Shown here: in pieces, positions 1-9,455 of the stretch
Position numbering within the stretch: the first letter of the stretch is position 1
Layout of the letters: every line of letters starts with the position of its first letter
DNA from: Bacteroidota bacterium
Lineage (GTDB): Bacteria; Bacteroidota; Bacteroidia; UKL13-3
Length of the DNA stretch: 47,917 nucleotides
Direction: 5' to 3'
NCBI GenBank assembly: GCA_947491825.1
Contig: CANLLM010000005.1
Span: forward strand, 1 to 47,917
Notes under the pieces: generated by a model
Databases searched by the model: none
Told to the model about the DNA's origin: nothing
Seen by the model: only the letters and a program-made list of their open reading frames with translations
Program-made: the position numbers and the translations under genes

Positions 1-288
1 ATGAAAATGTACGATACATGCCCAATTTGCGAGTTAAGGTATGAGATTGAACCAGGCTTTTTTTGGGGTGCAATGTATGTTAGTTACGCTATAACTACAG
101 GCTTAATGTTGGTTACCTTAGGTATTTTATGGCTAGGTTTTCACGACCCCGCATTTTGGATTTATGTGGTTAGCATAATTGGTGTGGTATTTATCACATT
201 ACCATGGGTATTTCGTTATTCTCGTATGTTTATGCTTTACTTTTTTTCGCCTATTCGTTTTGATAAAAACTTTACTAAAACTACCTAA
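1..288 (+). CDS. DUF983-like membrane protein, probably 5'-truncated by the window edge
   Basis: CPxC..YExEPGFFWGAMYVSY motif followed by two hydrophobic helices. The family normally has an extra N-terminal CxxC upstream. Confidence 0.7.
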   Translation: MKMYDTCPICELRYEIEPGFFWGAMYVSYAITTGLMLVTLGILWLGFHDPAFWIYVVSIIGVVFITLPWVFRYSRMFMLYFFSPIRFDKNFTKTT

Positions 289-329
289 TCAATAGAATAA
301 ATAAATATTAAGCCTATTTTTACCTCGGT

Positions 330-2789
330 ATGAATAGGCTTTTTTATTGCATTCTTTTTATAACAATCTCCTCTCGTGCACTTGCTCAATTCGAACTTCA
401 ACTGTTTGACAAAGTAACCACACAACCTATAATGGGAGCATCTGTTACGCTAGTATGGGTAAATGATAAAACTCAACTCACTAACAAGCATATATCCATA
501 ACCAACAAAAAAGGAATTTGTCAAATAGAAGAGGAAGCCATAAAACAGCTGGCAACATTTACCATTTCACACAAATCAATTGGAACAGTCTCATACACTG
601 CTTATCAGGTAATATTAAATAACTATAAGCTTTACCTAACAAACAATACTCCACAATTAGAAGAAGCCATCATTAGCGCCAATCGTATTAATGAAAAAGC
701 AAAGGATATATCACGACATATAGAAACCATCAATAGGCAACAACTCTCATTCGCTAATCAACAAAACACAGCAGATTTGTTAATGAATCAAAGTAATGTA
801 TACATTCAAAAAAGCCAGCAAGGTGGAGGCAGCCTAATTTTAAGGGGATTTGAAGCAAATCGTGTATTGTTAGTAATTGATGGGGTTAGGCTAAATAATG
901 CGATTTACCGTTCGGGGCATTTACAAAATGTAATTCGTATTGATCAACATTTACTAGAAAAAGTAGAGGTATTGTATGGCTCTGGAAGCACTATATATGG
1001 AAGCGATGCACTTGGAGGTGTGGTAAGCTTTTTTACTAGAAATCCTGAACTTAATACAAGTTCCAAGGCTTTTTATATACACAATGAGTTCTATAGCCGT
1101 TACTCATCCGCTAACAAAGAAATAACCTATCATTATAATGTAAATATTGGCCGTAAAAAATGGGCATCATTAACCACTATTACACATAGTAACTTTGGAA
1201 ATGTAGTGCAAGGTAGAAATAGAAGTACTGAATGGGAAAATGTGGGCTTACGCCCAAACTTTGTGAAACGAATTAATAACCAGGATGTAATAATAAATAA
1301 CCCTAACCCATACGAGCAAACGGAAAGCAATTACAGACAAACCGATTTTAGTCAGAAAATACTTTTTAAGCCCTCAGAGAAAGAGCAACAAACTATCAAT
1401 TTACAATACTCTAATACCAGCAATGTGCCGCGTTATGATCGGTTAACAGATATCAGCAATGGTCTACCCAAATCGGCACAGTGGTTTTATGGCCCCGAAA
1501 AAAGACTATTACTTTCATACAATTGGCAGTTCAATGGCAGTCGTAGTTGGTTTGACAAGATAAACATCATTGCAGCTTATCAGTTTATTGAAGAAAGCAG
1601 GAATGATAGATCATTCAATAATGCGTGGTTAAGAAGTAGAAATGAAAAAGTAAATGTATTGAGTTTAAATCTTGATATTTATAAGCGTATAAAAAAACAC
1701 GAAATAAGATATGGCATAGATGCACAAAACAACGATGTAAATTCAACCGCACATCAGACCGATATCAATACACAACAACGCAAAGCACTTAGCACACGTT
1801 ACCCTGCTGGAGGGAATAAAATGAGCATGGCTGGCTTGTTTGTTAGTCATAATTGGGAAATAAATTCACACATTATTTTAAATGATGGTTTAAGGATTTC
1901 ACACATCAACACAAACAGTATTCTTGGTAATAGCCTTAGTTTTTACAACTTTTTACCTCCAACAATTACACAAACCAACCAAGCGCTGAATGGTAATCTT
2001 GGACTAATTTATTTACATGACTCCAAGTTTCGCTTTTATGCCAATATCTCTAATGCTTTTCATGCTCCAAACATTGATGATTTAAGTAAAATATTTGACA
2101 GTAATAGTAAAAATAAAATGATTATTATACCAAATAATAACCTAAAACCAGAACAAAGTATTACATCAGAAATTGGTACAAACCTAACCCTGATTAAATG
2201 TTTTAAACTAAATGCCAATGTTTATTATACTCGACTATATAATGCATTTGTGTTAGCGCTGTCTGAAGCAAACGGAGCAGATAGCATAGTGTTTGATGGT
2301 GAAATGTCTAAAGTAAATATGTTAATCAATAAACAAGAAGCTTTTGTTACAGGTTGGCATGTTGATGCCAACATAACTCTAAACGAAAACTGGAATTTAT
2401 ATGGTGCATACACATATACCAAAGGTCGTGTAAAGCAGAATGAGATTTTTACCCCACTCGATCATATTCCACCAACATACGGACGTATAGGTTCGCAATT
2501 ACAATTAAAAGGCTTTAGGCTAGATGCTTACACACAATTTAGTGGTGCTAAAAAACTCGCTGATTACAACTTTTACGGAGAAGATAATTTGCAATATACA
2601 ACAACAACAGGTACGCCATCATGGTATACACTAAACATGAAACTACAGTACAGTATCTTCAAACGGGGAATTGCAATCAATTTACAAACGGGGGTTGAAA
2701 ATATTTTAGATAGCCATTACCGCATTTTTGCAAGCGGAATAAGTGCTATGGGACGTAACTTCTATCTGGCGATTAGGCTAGGCTTTTAA
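330..2789 (+). CDS. TonB-dependent outer membrane receptor (haem/haemoglobin-transferrin-lactoferrin-like)
   Basis: Signal peptide, plug motifs (LILRGFEANRVLLVIDG, EKVEVLYGSGSTIYGSDALGGVV), C-terminal ENILD...GRNFYLAIRLGF ending in Phe. Substrate not determinable. Confidence 0.88.
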   Translation: MNRLFYCILFITISSRALAQFELQLFDKVTTQPIMGASVTLVWVNDKTQLTNKHISITNKKGICQIEEEAIKQLATFTISHKSIGTVSYTAYQVILNNYKLYLTNNTPQLEEAIISANRINEKAKDISRHIETINRQQLSFANQQNTADLLMNQSNVYIQKSQQGGGSLILRGFEANRVLLVIDGVRLNNAIYRSGHLQNVIRIDQHLLEKVEVLYGSGSTIYGSDALGGVVSFFTRNPELNTSSKAFYIHNEFYSRYSSANKEITYHYNVNIGRKKWASLTTITHSNFGNVVQGRNRSTEWENVGLRPNFVKRINNQDVIINNPNPYEQTESNYRQTDFSQKILFKPSEKEQQTINLQYSNTSNVPRYDRLTDISNGLPKSAQWFYGPEKRLLLSYNWQFNGSRSWFDKINIIAAYQFIEESRNDRSFNNAWLRSRNEKVNVLSLNLDIYKRIKKHEIRYGIDAQNNDVNSTAHQTDINTQQRKALSTRYPAGGNKMSMAGLFVSHNWEINSHIILNDGLRISHINTNSILGNSLSFYNFLPPTITQTNQALNGNLGLIYLHDSKFRFYANISNAFHAPNIDDLSKIFDSNSKNKMIIIPNNNLKPEQSITSEIGTNLTLIKCFKLNANVYYTRLYNAFVLALSEANGADSIVFDGEMSKVNMLINKQEAFVTGWHVDANITLNENWNLYGAYTYTKGRVKQNEIFTPLDHIPPTYGRIGSQLQLKGFRLDAYTQFSGAKKLADYNFYGEDNLQYTTTTGTPSWYTLNMKLQYSIFKRGIAINLQTGVENILDSHYRIFASGISAMGRNFYLAIRLGF

Positions 2790-2838
2790 CATTTTTTATA
2801 ACTTCATCAAAATCATATCAAAATTTTAACATTTCTAC

Positions 2839-2846
2839 TATATTTG
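2839..2846 (+). promoter_or_regulatory. Bacteroidota -7 promoter element for xerC
   Basis: TATATTTG matches TAnnTTTG, 25 nt before the ATG. Confidence 0.5.
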
Positions 2847-2871
2847 ATTTAGAATAAAAATCTTCATAGAA

Positions 2872-3777
2872 ATGCTTAATACCATTCAACAATTTATTAA
2901 TTACCTAAATTACGAAAAGCATTTCTCTGCCCATACTGTGCGAGGCTATCAAATTGATTTGGGTCAATTCAGTACATTTATTATGCAACAATTTGAAATC
3001 GAATCACCCATACTAATAAGCCATCAGCACATTAGAACTTGGTTAGTTGATTTAATGAATAATAATATTGAACCAAGAAGTATTGCTAGGAAGCTTTCCG
3101 CCCTTCGTAGTTATTTTAAATACCTGCTTAAAGAAGAATTAATTACGACAAATCCGGTTGCCAAAGTGCAGGCGCCAAAGGTTGCTAAAAAAATACCTAG
3201 TTTTATTGAAGCGCACAACTTGAGTATTCTTTTCGATCAGAAGGTAAACAATAATCAAGAAGAAATTTTCGCAAACGATTTTGAAGGCCAAAGAAATAGG
3301 TTGATTCTACTTTTGTTTTACACATGTGGCGTTCGATTATCCGAACTAATCGAACTTAAAACTTCAGATTTTGATACCTACAGACAAACCATTAAAGTAT
3401 TAGGTAAAAGAAATAAAGAAAGAATCATCCCAATAACCAAAGAACTAAATATAGAAATACAAAAGTATTTAGTAATTAAGAATCAGCAGGCTTTAAATAA
3501 CGAACAACTATTTGCATTATCTTCCAACAATAAAATGTACCCAAAAGCAGTTTATAACATAGTTAAACGTTTTTTAAGTATGGTAACCACAATAGATAAA
3601 AAAAGCCCCCATGTGCTTAGACACACATTTGCCACACACTTACTAAACAAAGGCGCAGATTTAAATGCAATAAAAGAACTGCTAGGGCATGCTAGTTTAG
3701 CAGCCACACAAGTGTATACACATAATAGTATAGAAAGATTAAAAAATATACACAAAACAAGACATCCAAGAGCGTAA
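2872..3777 (+). CDS. xerC: Tyrosine recombinase XerC
   Basis: Catalytic R (GVRLSE), K (GKRNKER), HxLRH (HVLRHTFATH), LGH and Y (ATQVY). Position upstream of hpf is typical of Bacteroidota. Confidence 0.9.
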   Translation: MLNTIQQFINYLNYEKHFSAHTVRGYQIDLGQFSTFIMQQFEIESPILISHQHIRTWLVDLMNNNIEPRSIARKLSALRSYFKYLLKEELITTNPVAKVQAPKVAKKIPSFIEAHNLSILFDQKVNNNQEEIFANDFEGQRNRLILLLFYTCGVRLSELIELKTSDFDTYRQTIKVLGKRNKERIIPITKELNIEIQKYLVIKNQQALNNEQLFALSSNNKMYPKAVYNIVKRFLSMVTTIDKKSPHVLRHTFATHLLNKGADLNAIKELLGHASLAATQVYTHNSIERLKNIHKTRHPRA

Positions 3778-3853
3778 AAAACTCCTGCTTAAATATTTTC
3801 AAACCGAATCAAATACTGAACAGGCAGCCAGAAGGTTCATAAAATAAAAACAT

Positions 3854-4153
3854 ATGAAACTAGACATTCAATCCATCCACTTTACAGCCGATTATAAGCT
3901 ATTAGATTTCGTAACCAAAAAGCTGGAAAAGTTACAAACCTTTTATGATGGAATAAAAAGCACTAACGTATATCTTAAAGTTGAAAAAGACAGTGAAAAA
4001 GAGAATAAAACGGTTGAGGTTAAAATTAATATGAATGGATATTCTATATTTGCCAAGGAACAATCGAGCACATTTGAAGCGGCTACTGATTTAATATTAG
4101 ATAAACTAGTTGCTCAAGTAAAAAAACACAAAGAAAAAATAGCTACTAAATAA
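3854..4153 (+). CDS. hpf: Ribosome hibernation promoting factor (HPF/RaiA)
   Basis: IQSIHFTAD..KLEKL...ENKTVEVK...FEAATD, 99 aa, between xerC and the tRNA cluster. Confidence 0.92.
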   Translation: MKLDIQSIHFTADYKLLDFVTKKLEKLQTFYDGIKSTNVYLKVEKDSEKENKTVEVKINMNGYSIFAKEQSSTFEAATDLILDKLVAQVKKHKEKIATK

Positions 4154-4182
4154 CATTTAACCATTACGCTATCATAAAATTT

Positions 4183-4214
4183 AAAGCCCGTTATGTTTCA
4201 TAATGGGCTTTTTT
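4183..4214 (+). terminator. Intrinsic terminator after hpf
   Basis: AAAGCCCGTTATG-ttt-CATAATGGGCTTT followed by a T run. Confidence 0.8.
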
Positions 4215-4255
4215 ACAAATATTCAGCTTGATAATCAGTACCGAACAAAAAAAAG

Positions 4256-4287
4256 TTTGCATATTATTTCCCAAACCAACACTTTTG
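4256..4287 (+). promoter_or_regulatory. Upstream promoter P1 of the tRNA-tuf operon
   Basis: TTTG (4256) - 20 nt - CACTTTTG (one mismatch to TAnnTTTG). Confidence 0.55.
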
Positions 4288-4351
4288 CACCCGCTGTTAC
4301 ACAACATAACGCCTCTATAAATGCGTTAATTTAAAATTTTGCTTCCAAAAA

Positions 4352-4382
4352 TTTGCATACATCTTGTAAATGACTACATTTG
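4352..4382 (+). promoter_or_regulatory. Promoter P2 of the tRNA-tuf operon
   Basis: TTTG (4352) - 19 nt - TACATTTG, a full Bacteroidota -33/-7 consensus. Confidence 0.75.
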
Positions 4383-4469
4383 CAGTCCTTTTTTAGGAAA
4401 GCTAGTAGACAAGATTGTTCTTTAAATATTGAAAATACTGAAATAGGTTAGTGATAACCATACTCAAAA

Positions 4470-4542
4470 GCCACTTTAGCTCAGCTGGTAGAGCAACTGA
4501 TTTGTAATCAGTAGGTCGCTGGTTCGATTCCGGCAAGTGGCT
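4470..4542 (+). tRNA. tRNA-Thr(TGT)
   Basis: Acceptor GCCACTT/AAGTGGC, anticodon arm ACTGA-TTTGTAA-TCAGT, TTCGA T-loop. Confidence 0.97.
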
Positions 4543-4558
4543 CACCTTGAAAGGTAAT

Positions 4559-4642
4559 GGGGAGATTCCAGAGCGGTCAAATGGGACGGACTGTAAATCC
4601 GTTGTTTCGGCTTCGAAGGTTCGAATCCTTCTCTCCCCACCA
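4559..4642 (+). tRNA. tRNA-Tyr(GTA)
   Basis: Acceptor GGGGAGA/TCTCCCC, anticodon arm ACGGA-CTGTAAA-TCCGT, long variable arm, encoded CCA. Confidence 0.97.
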
Positions 4643-4715
4643 CCATCAACAGGTTAAAAGATGAGTGAATAAGAATCAGTGAAGAGGCGTGTAATCTTTT
4701 TAATTTATTAAACCT

Positions 4716-4788
4716 GCGGGAGTAGCTCATTTGGTAGAGCGACAGCCTTCCAAGCTGTAGGTAGCGGGTTCGAGCCTCGTCTCCCGCT
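4716..4788 (+). tRNA. tRNA-Gly(TCC)
   Basis: Acceptor GCGGGAG/CTCCCGC, anticodon arm ACAGC-CTTCCAA-GCTGT. Confidence 0.97.
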
Positions 4789-4798
4789 CGAGAGTAAA

Positions 4799-4830
4799 TT
4801 GAGGTGATTAAGTAAGCTTAATCACCTCAA
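4799..4830. repeat. Perfect 14-bp inverted repeat in the tRNA spacer
   Basis: TTGAGGTGATTAAG-taag-CTTAATCACCTCAA. Confidence 0.85.
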
Positions 4831-4839
4831 AACTTAAAA

Positions 4840-4911
<72 letters not shown>

Positions 4912-5044
4912 CTAAAACTGAGTGAAGTGACGTAGATGGTTTTTTGTGTTTTCCTGAATAAACACAATATAGACTGAGTGCATATTACGCACCCGGTTTT
5001 TGGCATTTAAAAACTTAAAAATAAAAAAAATAAACAACACAACT

Positions 5045-6232
5045 ATGGCAAAAGAAAAATTTGACCGCAGTAAAGCACACGTTAATGTTGGTACTATCGG
5101 TCACGTAGATCATGGTAAAACGACTTTAACAGCTGCTATCACTAAAGTTCTAGCTGATGCTGGTTTATCTGAAGCTCGTTCATTCGATTCAATTGACTCA
5201 GCTCCTGAAGAAAAAGAACGTGGTATTACTATTAACACAGCTCACGTAGAGTATTCAACTGCTAACCGTCATTACGCTCACGTTGACTGTCCAGGTCACG
5301 CGGATTATGTAAAGAATATGGTTACAGGTGCAGCTCAAATGGATGGTGCTATTTTAGTAGTAGCATCAACAGATGGTCCTATGCCTCAAACTCGTGAGCA
5401 TATTTTATTAGCTCGTCAGGTAGGTGTACCTCGTATCGTTGTATTCATGAATAAAGTGGATATGGTTGATGATGAAGAGTTATTAGAAATTGTAGAAATG
5501 GAAATTCGTGATTTATTAGACAAATACGAATTCCCTGGTCAAGAAATTCCAGTTATCCGAGGTTCAGCGCTAGGTGGCTTGAATGGAGACGCAAAATGGG
5601 TAGAGAAAATAATGGACTTGATGAATGCAGTAGATACATACATTCCAGTTCCTCCTCGCGCTACAGAATTACCTTTCTTGATGCCAGTAGAAGACGTATT
5701 CTCGATCACAGGTCGTGGTACCGTAGCTACAGGTCGTATCGAGCGTGGTATCATCAACTCAAATGAGCAAGTTGAAATCATAGGTTTAGATGCAGAAAAC
5801 TTAACTTCAGTAGTAACTGGTGTAGAGATGTTCCGCAAAATATTAGATCGTGGTGAAGCTGGTGATAACGTAGGATTATTGTTACGTGGTATTGATAAGG
5901 CAGCTATCCGCAGAGGTATGGTAATTTGCAAACCAGGTTCAGTAAAACCACACACCAAGTTCAAAGCTGAGATTTACGTATTGTCCAAAGACGAAGGTGG
6001 ACGTCACACTCCATTCTTTAACAAATACCGTCCTCAGTTTTATTTCCGTACAACAGACGTAACTGGCGAGACCCATTTACCTGAAGGTATGGAAATGGTT
6101 ATGCCTGGTGATAACGTAACTATTAACGTAACTCTTATCGCTCCAATTGCGATGGAAAAAGGTTTACGCTTCGCTATCCGTGAGGGTGGTAGAACAGTAG
6201 GTGCCGGTCAGGTAACTGAAATTCTAGAATAA
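5045..6232 (+). CDS. tuf: Elongation factor Tu
   Basis: [10 protein letters not shown] start (ATG 5045), [17 protein letters not shown] motifs. Confidence 0.99.
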   Translation: MAKEKFDRSKAHVNVGTIGHVDHGKTTLTAAITKVLADAGLSEARSFDSIDSAPEEKERGITINTAHVEYSTANRHYAHVDCPGHADYVKNMVTGAAQMDGAILVVASTDGPMPQTREHILLARQVGVPRIVVFMNKVDMVDDEELLEIVEMEIRDLLDKYEFPGQEIPVIRGSALGGLNGDAKWVEKIMDLMNAVDTYIPVPPRATELPFLMPVEDVFSITGRGTVATGRIERGIINSNEQVEIIGLDAENLTSVVTGVEMFRKILDRGEAGDNVGLLLRGIDKAAIRRGMVICKPGSVKPHTKFKAEIYVLSKDEGGRHTPFFNKYRPQFYFRTTDVTGETHLPEGMEMVMPGDNVTINVTLIAPIAMEKGLRFAIREGGRTVGAGQVTEILE

Positions 6233-6253
6233 TTTTAAATAGATTAGATTCTG

Positions 6254-6281
6254 AATGTTGGCTAGGTAACTAGCCAACATT
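6254..6281. repeat. 12-bp hairpin between tuf and tRNA-Trp
   Basis: AATGTTGGCTAG-gtaa-CTAGCCAACATT with no strong T tail. Confidence 0.75.
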
Positions 6282-6295
6282 TAGTGTCTAAATAC

Positions 6296-6366
6296 ACGGA
6301 CATAGTTCAATGGTAGAATAGAGGTCTCCAAAACCTTTGATCAGGGTTCGAATCCTTGTGTCCGTG
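6296..6366 (+). tRNA. tRNA-Trp(CCA)
   Basis: Acceptor ACGGACA/TGTCCGT, anticodon arm GAGGT-CTCCAAA-ACCTT, canonical position before secE. Confidence 0.96.
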
Positions 6367-6395
6367 CAAATATATTTTTGATCAAAACAAATAAT

Positions 6396-6590
6396 ATGAG
6401 TAAACTAACCGAATACTTTAAGTCATCTTACGATGAGCTTGTAAACAAGGTAACTTGGCCTACATGGAGCGAGTTGCAAGAAAGCACCATCATAGTAATG
6501 ATTGCATCTATAATTATTGCTTTGATCATATATGTAGTTGATATTGCCGGAAGCGGAGCTTTAGGTTTTTTCTATCAACTATTTCAATAA
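6396..6590 (+). CDS. secE: Preprotein translocase subunit SecE
   Basis: ELVNKVTWPTW motif plus one TM helix. Start moved to ATG 6396. Confidence 0.96.
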   Translation: MSKLTEYFKSSYDELVNKVTWPTWSELQESTIIVMIASIIIALIIYVVDIAGSGALGFFYQLFQ

Positions 6591-6605
6591 AACAAAATAT
6601 ATAAG

Positions 6606-7160
6606 ATGAACGGAATGTCACAGGATCAATTTAAATGGTACGTAGTAAGAGCAGTTACCGGACAAGAAAAGAAGGTAAAGGCACAACTAGAGTCGGAGCT
6701 CGAAAGAGCAGGCTTACTTAAGCATGTGCCGCAGATCCTGATACCAACTGAAAAAGTTTACCAAATAAAAAATGGTAAAAAAACAGTCAAGGAGAAAAAT
6801 TATCTACCTGGCTATATGTTAATACAAGCCGAGTTAATAGGTGAAACCTCTCACATTATAGATTCAGTTAATGGTGTAGTAGGTTTCTTAGGCGGTAAAG
6901 CCACTCCTACTCCGCTGCGCAACTCAGAAGTAAACCGAATTCTCGGTAATGTTGATGAGGCAGCAGAGCACGGTGAAACAATTGTAGAACCATACTTGGT
7001 TAATGAAACAATAAAAGTAATTGACGGTCCTTTTAGTGGATTTAGCGGGGTAGTTGAAGAGGTAATGGAAGAAAGAAAGAAACTCAAAGTAATGGTTAAA
7101 ATTTTCGGAAGAAGCACCCCATTAGAGTTGAATTACGTTCAAGTAGAAAAAGAAAATTAA
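6606..7160 (+). CDS. nusG: Transcription termination/antitermination factor NusG
   Basis: KWYVVRAVTGQE, PGY, KOW motif VIDGPFSGFSG, IFGRSTP. Confidence 0.98.
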   Translation: MNGMSQDQFKWYVVRAVTGQEKKVKAQLESELERAGLLKHVPQILIPTEKVYQIKNGKKTVKEKNYLPGYMLIQAELIGETSHIIDSVNGVVGFLGGKATPTPLRNSEVNRILGNVDEAAEHGETIVEPYLVNETIKVIDGPFSGFSGVVEEVMEERKKLKVMVKIFGRSTPLELNYVQVEKEN

Positions 7161-7204
7161 TTAAATATATACAAGGTGCGTAAGCACTATAATAGTAAAG
7201 CGTT

Positions 7205-7642
7205 ATGGCTAAAGAATTAACAGGGTTTATTAAATTACAGGTAAAAGGTGGAGCAGCTAATCCTGCGCCTCCAATTGGTCCTGCCTTAGGCTCTAAGGGG
7301 GTTAACATCATGGATTTTTGCAAACAATTTAATGCAAGAACCCAAGATAAAGCAGGCAAAATATTACCAGTTGTAATTTCAGTATACAGCGATAAGTCAT
7401 TTGATTTCATCGTTAAAACCCCTCCAGTTGCTTCTCAATTAATGGAAGCTGCTAAAATTACAGCAGGTTCTGCAGAATCAAACCGTAAAAAAGTAGGTTC
7501 AGTAACTTGGGAACAAATTCGTGCTATTGCATCAGATAAAATGCAAGATATGAACTGCTTCAAAGTTGAATCAGCAATGAAGATGGTAGCAGGATCAGCC
7601 CGTTCAATGGGTATCACAGTTTCAGGTGAAATGCCTGCTTAA
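7205..7642 (+). CDS. rplK: 50S ribosomal protein L11
   Basis: [19 protein letters not shown]. Confidence 0.99.
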   Translation: MAKELTGFIKLQVKGGAANPAPPIGPALGSKGVNIMDFCKQFNARTQDKAGKILPVVISVYSDKSFDFIVKTPPVASQLMEAAKITAGSAESNRKKVGSVTWEQIRAIASDKMQDMNCFKVESAMKMVAGSARSMGITVSGEMPA

Positions 7643-7673
7643 TCAAATTAAGAAAGAAAAAAAGAATAATATC

Positions 7674-8372
7674 ATGGCGAGGATTAGCAAAAAAAGAAAA
7701 GTAGCGTTAGCTAAAATCGAGCCTAATAAGCAATATGCATTAACAGATGCTTCAAAACTAGTTAAAGAGATTACCTCTACTACCTTTGATTCTTCAGTTG
7801 ACATTGATATTCGCTTAGGGGTTGATCCGAAAAAAGCTAACCAAATGGTACGTGGTGTAGTAACACTACCACACGGTACAGGTAAAACCGTTAGAGTTTT
7901 GGCCTTAGTTACACCTGATAAAGAGGCGGAAGCCAGAGAAGCAGGAGCAGACTACGTAGGTTTAGATGAGTTTATCCAGAAAATTGAGCAAGGTTGGGTT
8001 GATATCGATATTATCGTGACACAACCAAACGTAATGGCTAAATTAGGTAAATTAGGTAGAGTATTAGGTCCGCGTAACTTAATGCCAAATCCAAAATCTG
8101 GTACGGTAACAACCGAAATAGGCAAAACAGTGAGGGAGGTAAAAGCCGGTAAAATTGACTTTAAGGTTGATAAAGAAGGTAATATCCATACATCAATTGG
8201 AAAGGCATCATTTGCACCTGAGAAATTAGCTGAAAATGCAGTTGAGTTGATTCAAACAATCGCTAAACTTAAGCCTTCAGCTGCAAAAGGAACATACTTC
8301 CGCGGTATAAGTATCTCCTCAACAATGAGCCCTGGCTTACATGTTGATACCAAATCTATTCCCGGAATATAA
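7674..8372 (+). CDS. rplA: 50S ribosomal protein L1
   Basis: [25 protein letters not shown]. Start moved to ATG 7674. Confidence 0.99.
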   Translation: MARISKKRKVALAKIEPNKQYALTDASKLVKEITSTTFDSSVDIDIRLGVDPKKANQMVRGVVTLPHGTGKTVRVLALVTPDKEAEAREAGADYVGLDEFIQKIEQGWVDIDIIVTQPNVMAKLGKLGRVLGPRNLMPNPKSGTVTTEIGKTVREVKAGKIDFKVDKEGNIHTSIGKASFAPEKLAENAVELIQTIAKLKPSAAKGTYFRGISISSTMSPGLHVDTKSIPGI

Positions 8373-8386
8373 TAAATCAGTTAGTT

Positions 8387-8908
8387 ATGAATAGAGAACA
8401 GAAAGCAGAAATTATAGAGTCGCTTACTCAGAAGCTGAACGAGTGTAACTTCATTTACTTAACTGATGTTAGTTCAATGGATGCACAAAAAACAAGTGCA
8501 CTGCGCAGAGCATTCTTCAAAGAAGGTATAGTTATGGAAGTAGCTAAAAATACATTAATTGAAAAAGCTATCGAAAAATCAGAGAAAAACTTTGGCGAAA
8601 TCAGCAATGTTTTAAAAGGTAACACAGCGTTATTATTCTCAAGCGATAGTAAGTCTCCAGCTAAAATTATCAAAGATTTTAGAAAGAAAGATGCTAAGCC
8701 TTCACTTAAAGGTGCTTACATTGATTCTGATATCTTTATTGGTGATGATCAATTAGATGCATTAACAAAATTAAAATCAAGAAACGAACTTATTGGAGAG
8801 GTTATCGGATTATTACAATCTCCTGCACAAAATGTTATTTCTGCTTTACAATCAAGTGGGGGCAAATTGGCAGGTATTGTAAAAACATTATCTGAGCGTC
8901 CTGAATAA
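8387..8908 (+). CDS. rplJ: 50S ribosomal protein L10
   Basis: VAKNTL motif and operon position. Confidence 0.98.
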   Translation: MNREQKAEIIESLTQKLNECNFIYLTDVSSMDAQKTSALRRAFFKEGIVMEVAKNTLIEKAIEKSEKNFGEISNVLKGNTALLFSSDSKSPAKIIKDFRKKDAKPSLKGAYIDSDIFIGDDQLDALTKLKSRNELIGEVIGLLQSPAQNVISALQSSGGKLAGIVKTLSERPE

Positions 8909-8966
8909 TTTCAACCAAACAAAAACAAAAAATCAATAATTAATAACAATTTAAATTTTAGAAACC

Positions 8967-9341
8967 ATGGCAGATTTAAAAGCCTTTGCTGAACAGTTAG
9001 TTAACTTGTCAGTAAAAGAAGTAAACGAGTTAGCAACAATTCTTAAAGACGAATACGGTATAGAGCCTGCAGCTGCTGCAGTTGCTATTGCCGCTCCAGC
9101 TGCTGCTGCAGGTGAAGCTGCTGCTGAAAAATCAACTTTTGATGTGATTTTGAAAAATGCAGGTCAAGCTAAATTAAACGTAGTAAAAGTTGTAAAAGAC
9201 TTAACAGGTTTAGGATTGAAAGAAGCTAAAGAATTAGTAGACGGTGCTCCAAAAGCAATTAAAGAGGGCGTTGACAAAGCTGAAGCTGAAAGCTTAAAAG
9301 CTAAGCTTGAAGAAGCTGGTGCTGAAGTAGAATTGAAGTAA
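8967..9341 (+). CDS. rplL: 50S ribosomal protein L7/L12
   Basis: Ala-rich hinge, [23 protein letters not shown]. Confidence 0.99.
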   Translation: MADLKAFAEQLVNLSVKEVNELATILKDEYGIEPAAAAVAIAAPAAAAGEAAAEKSTFDVILKNAGQAKLNVVKVVKDLTGLGLKEAKELVDGAPKAIKEGVDKAEAESLKAKLEEAGAEVELK

Positions 9342-9361
9342 TTCTACCCTCGCACTTATGG

Positions 9362-9401
9362 GAACTTGACCCCGGCTTTGCCGAGGGTCAATTTCTTGTT
9401 T
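9362..9401 (+). terminator. Hairpin/attenuator between rplL and rpoB
   Basis: TTGACCC-CGGC-ttt-GCCG-a-GGGTCAA followed by TTTCTTGTTT. Confidence 0.6.
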
Positions 9402-9455
9402 ATAAACATTGCTATTTTTTGTCAAAGTTTTGTCAAATTTTAACCCAAAAATCCA

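Noticed and set aside
4542-4730. 62-aa minus-strand ORF
   Set aside because: Antisense shadow of tRNA-Tyr and tRNA-Gly.
9070-9130. GCT/GCA-rich low-complexity repeat
   Set aside because: Normal Ala-rich hinge of L7/L12.
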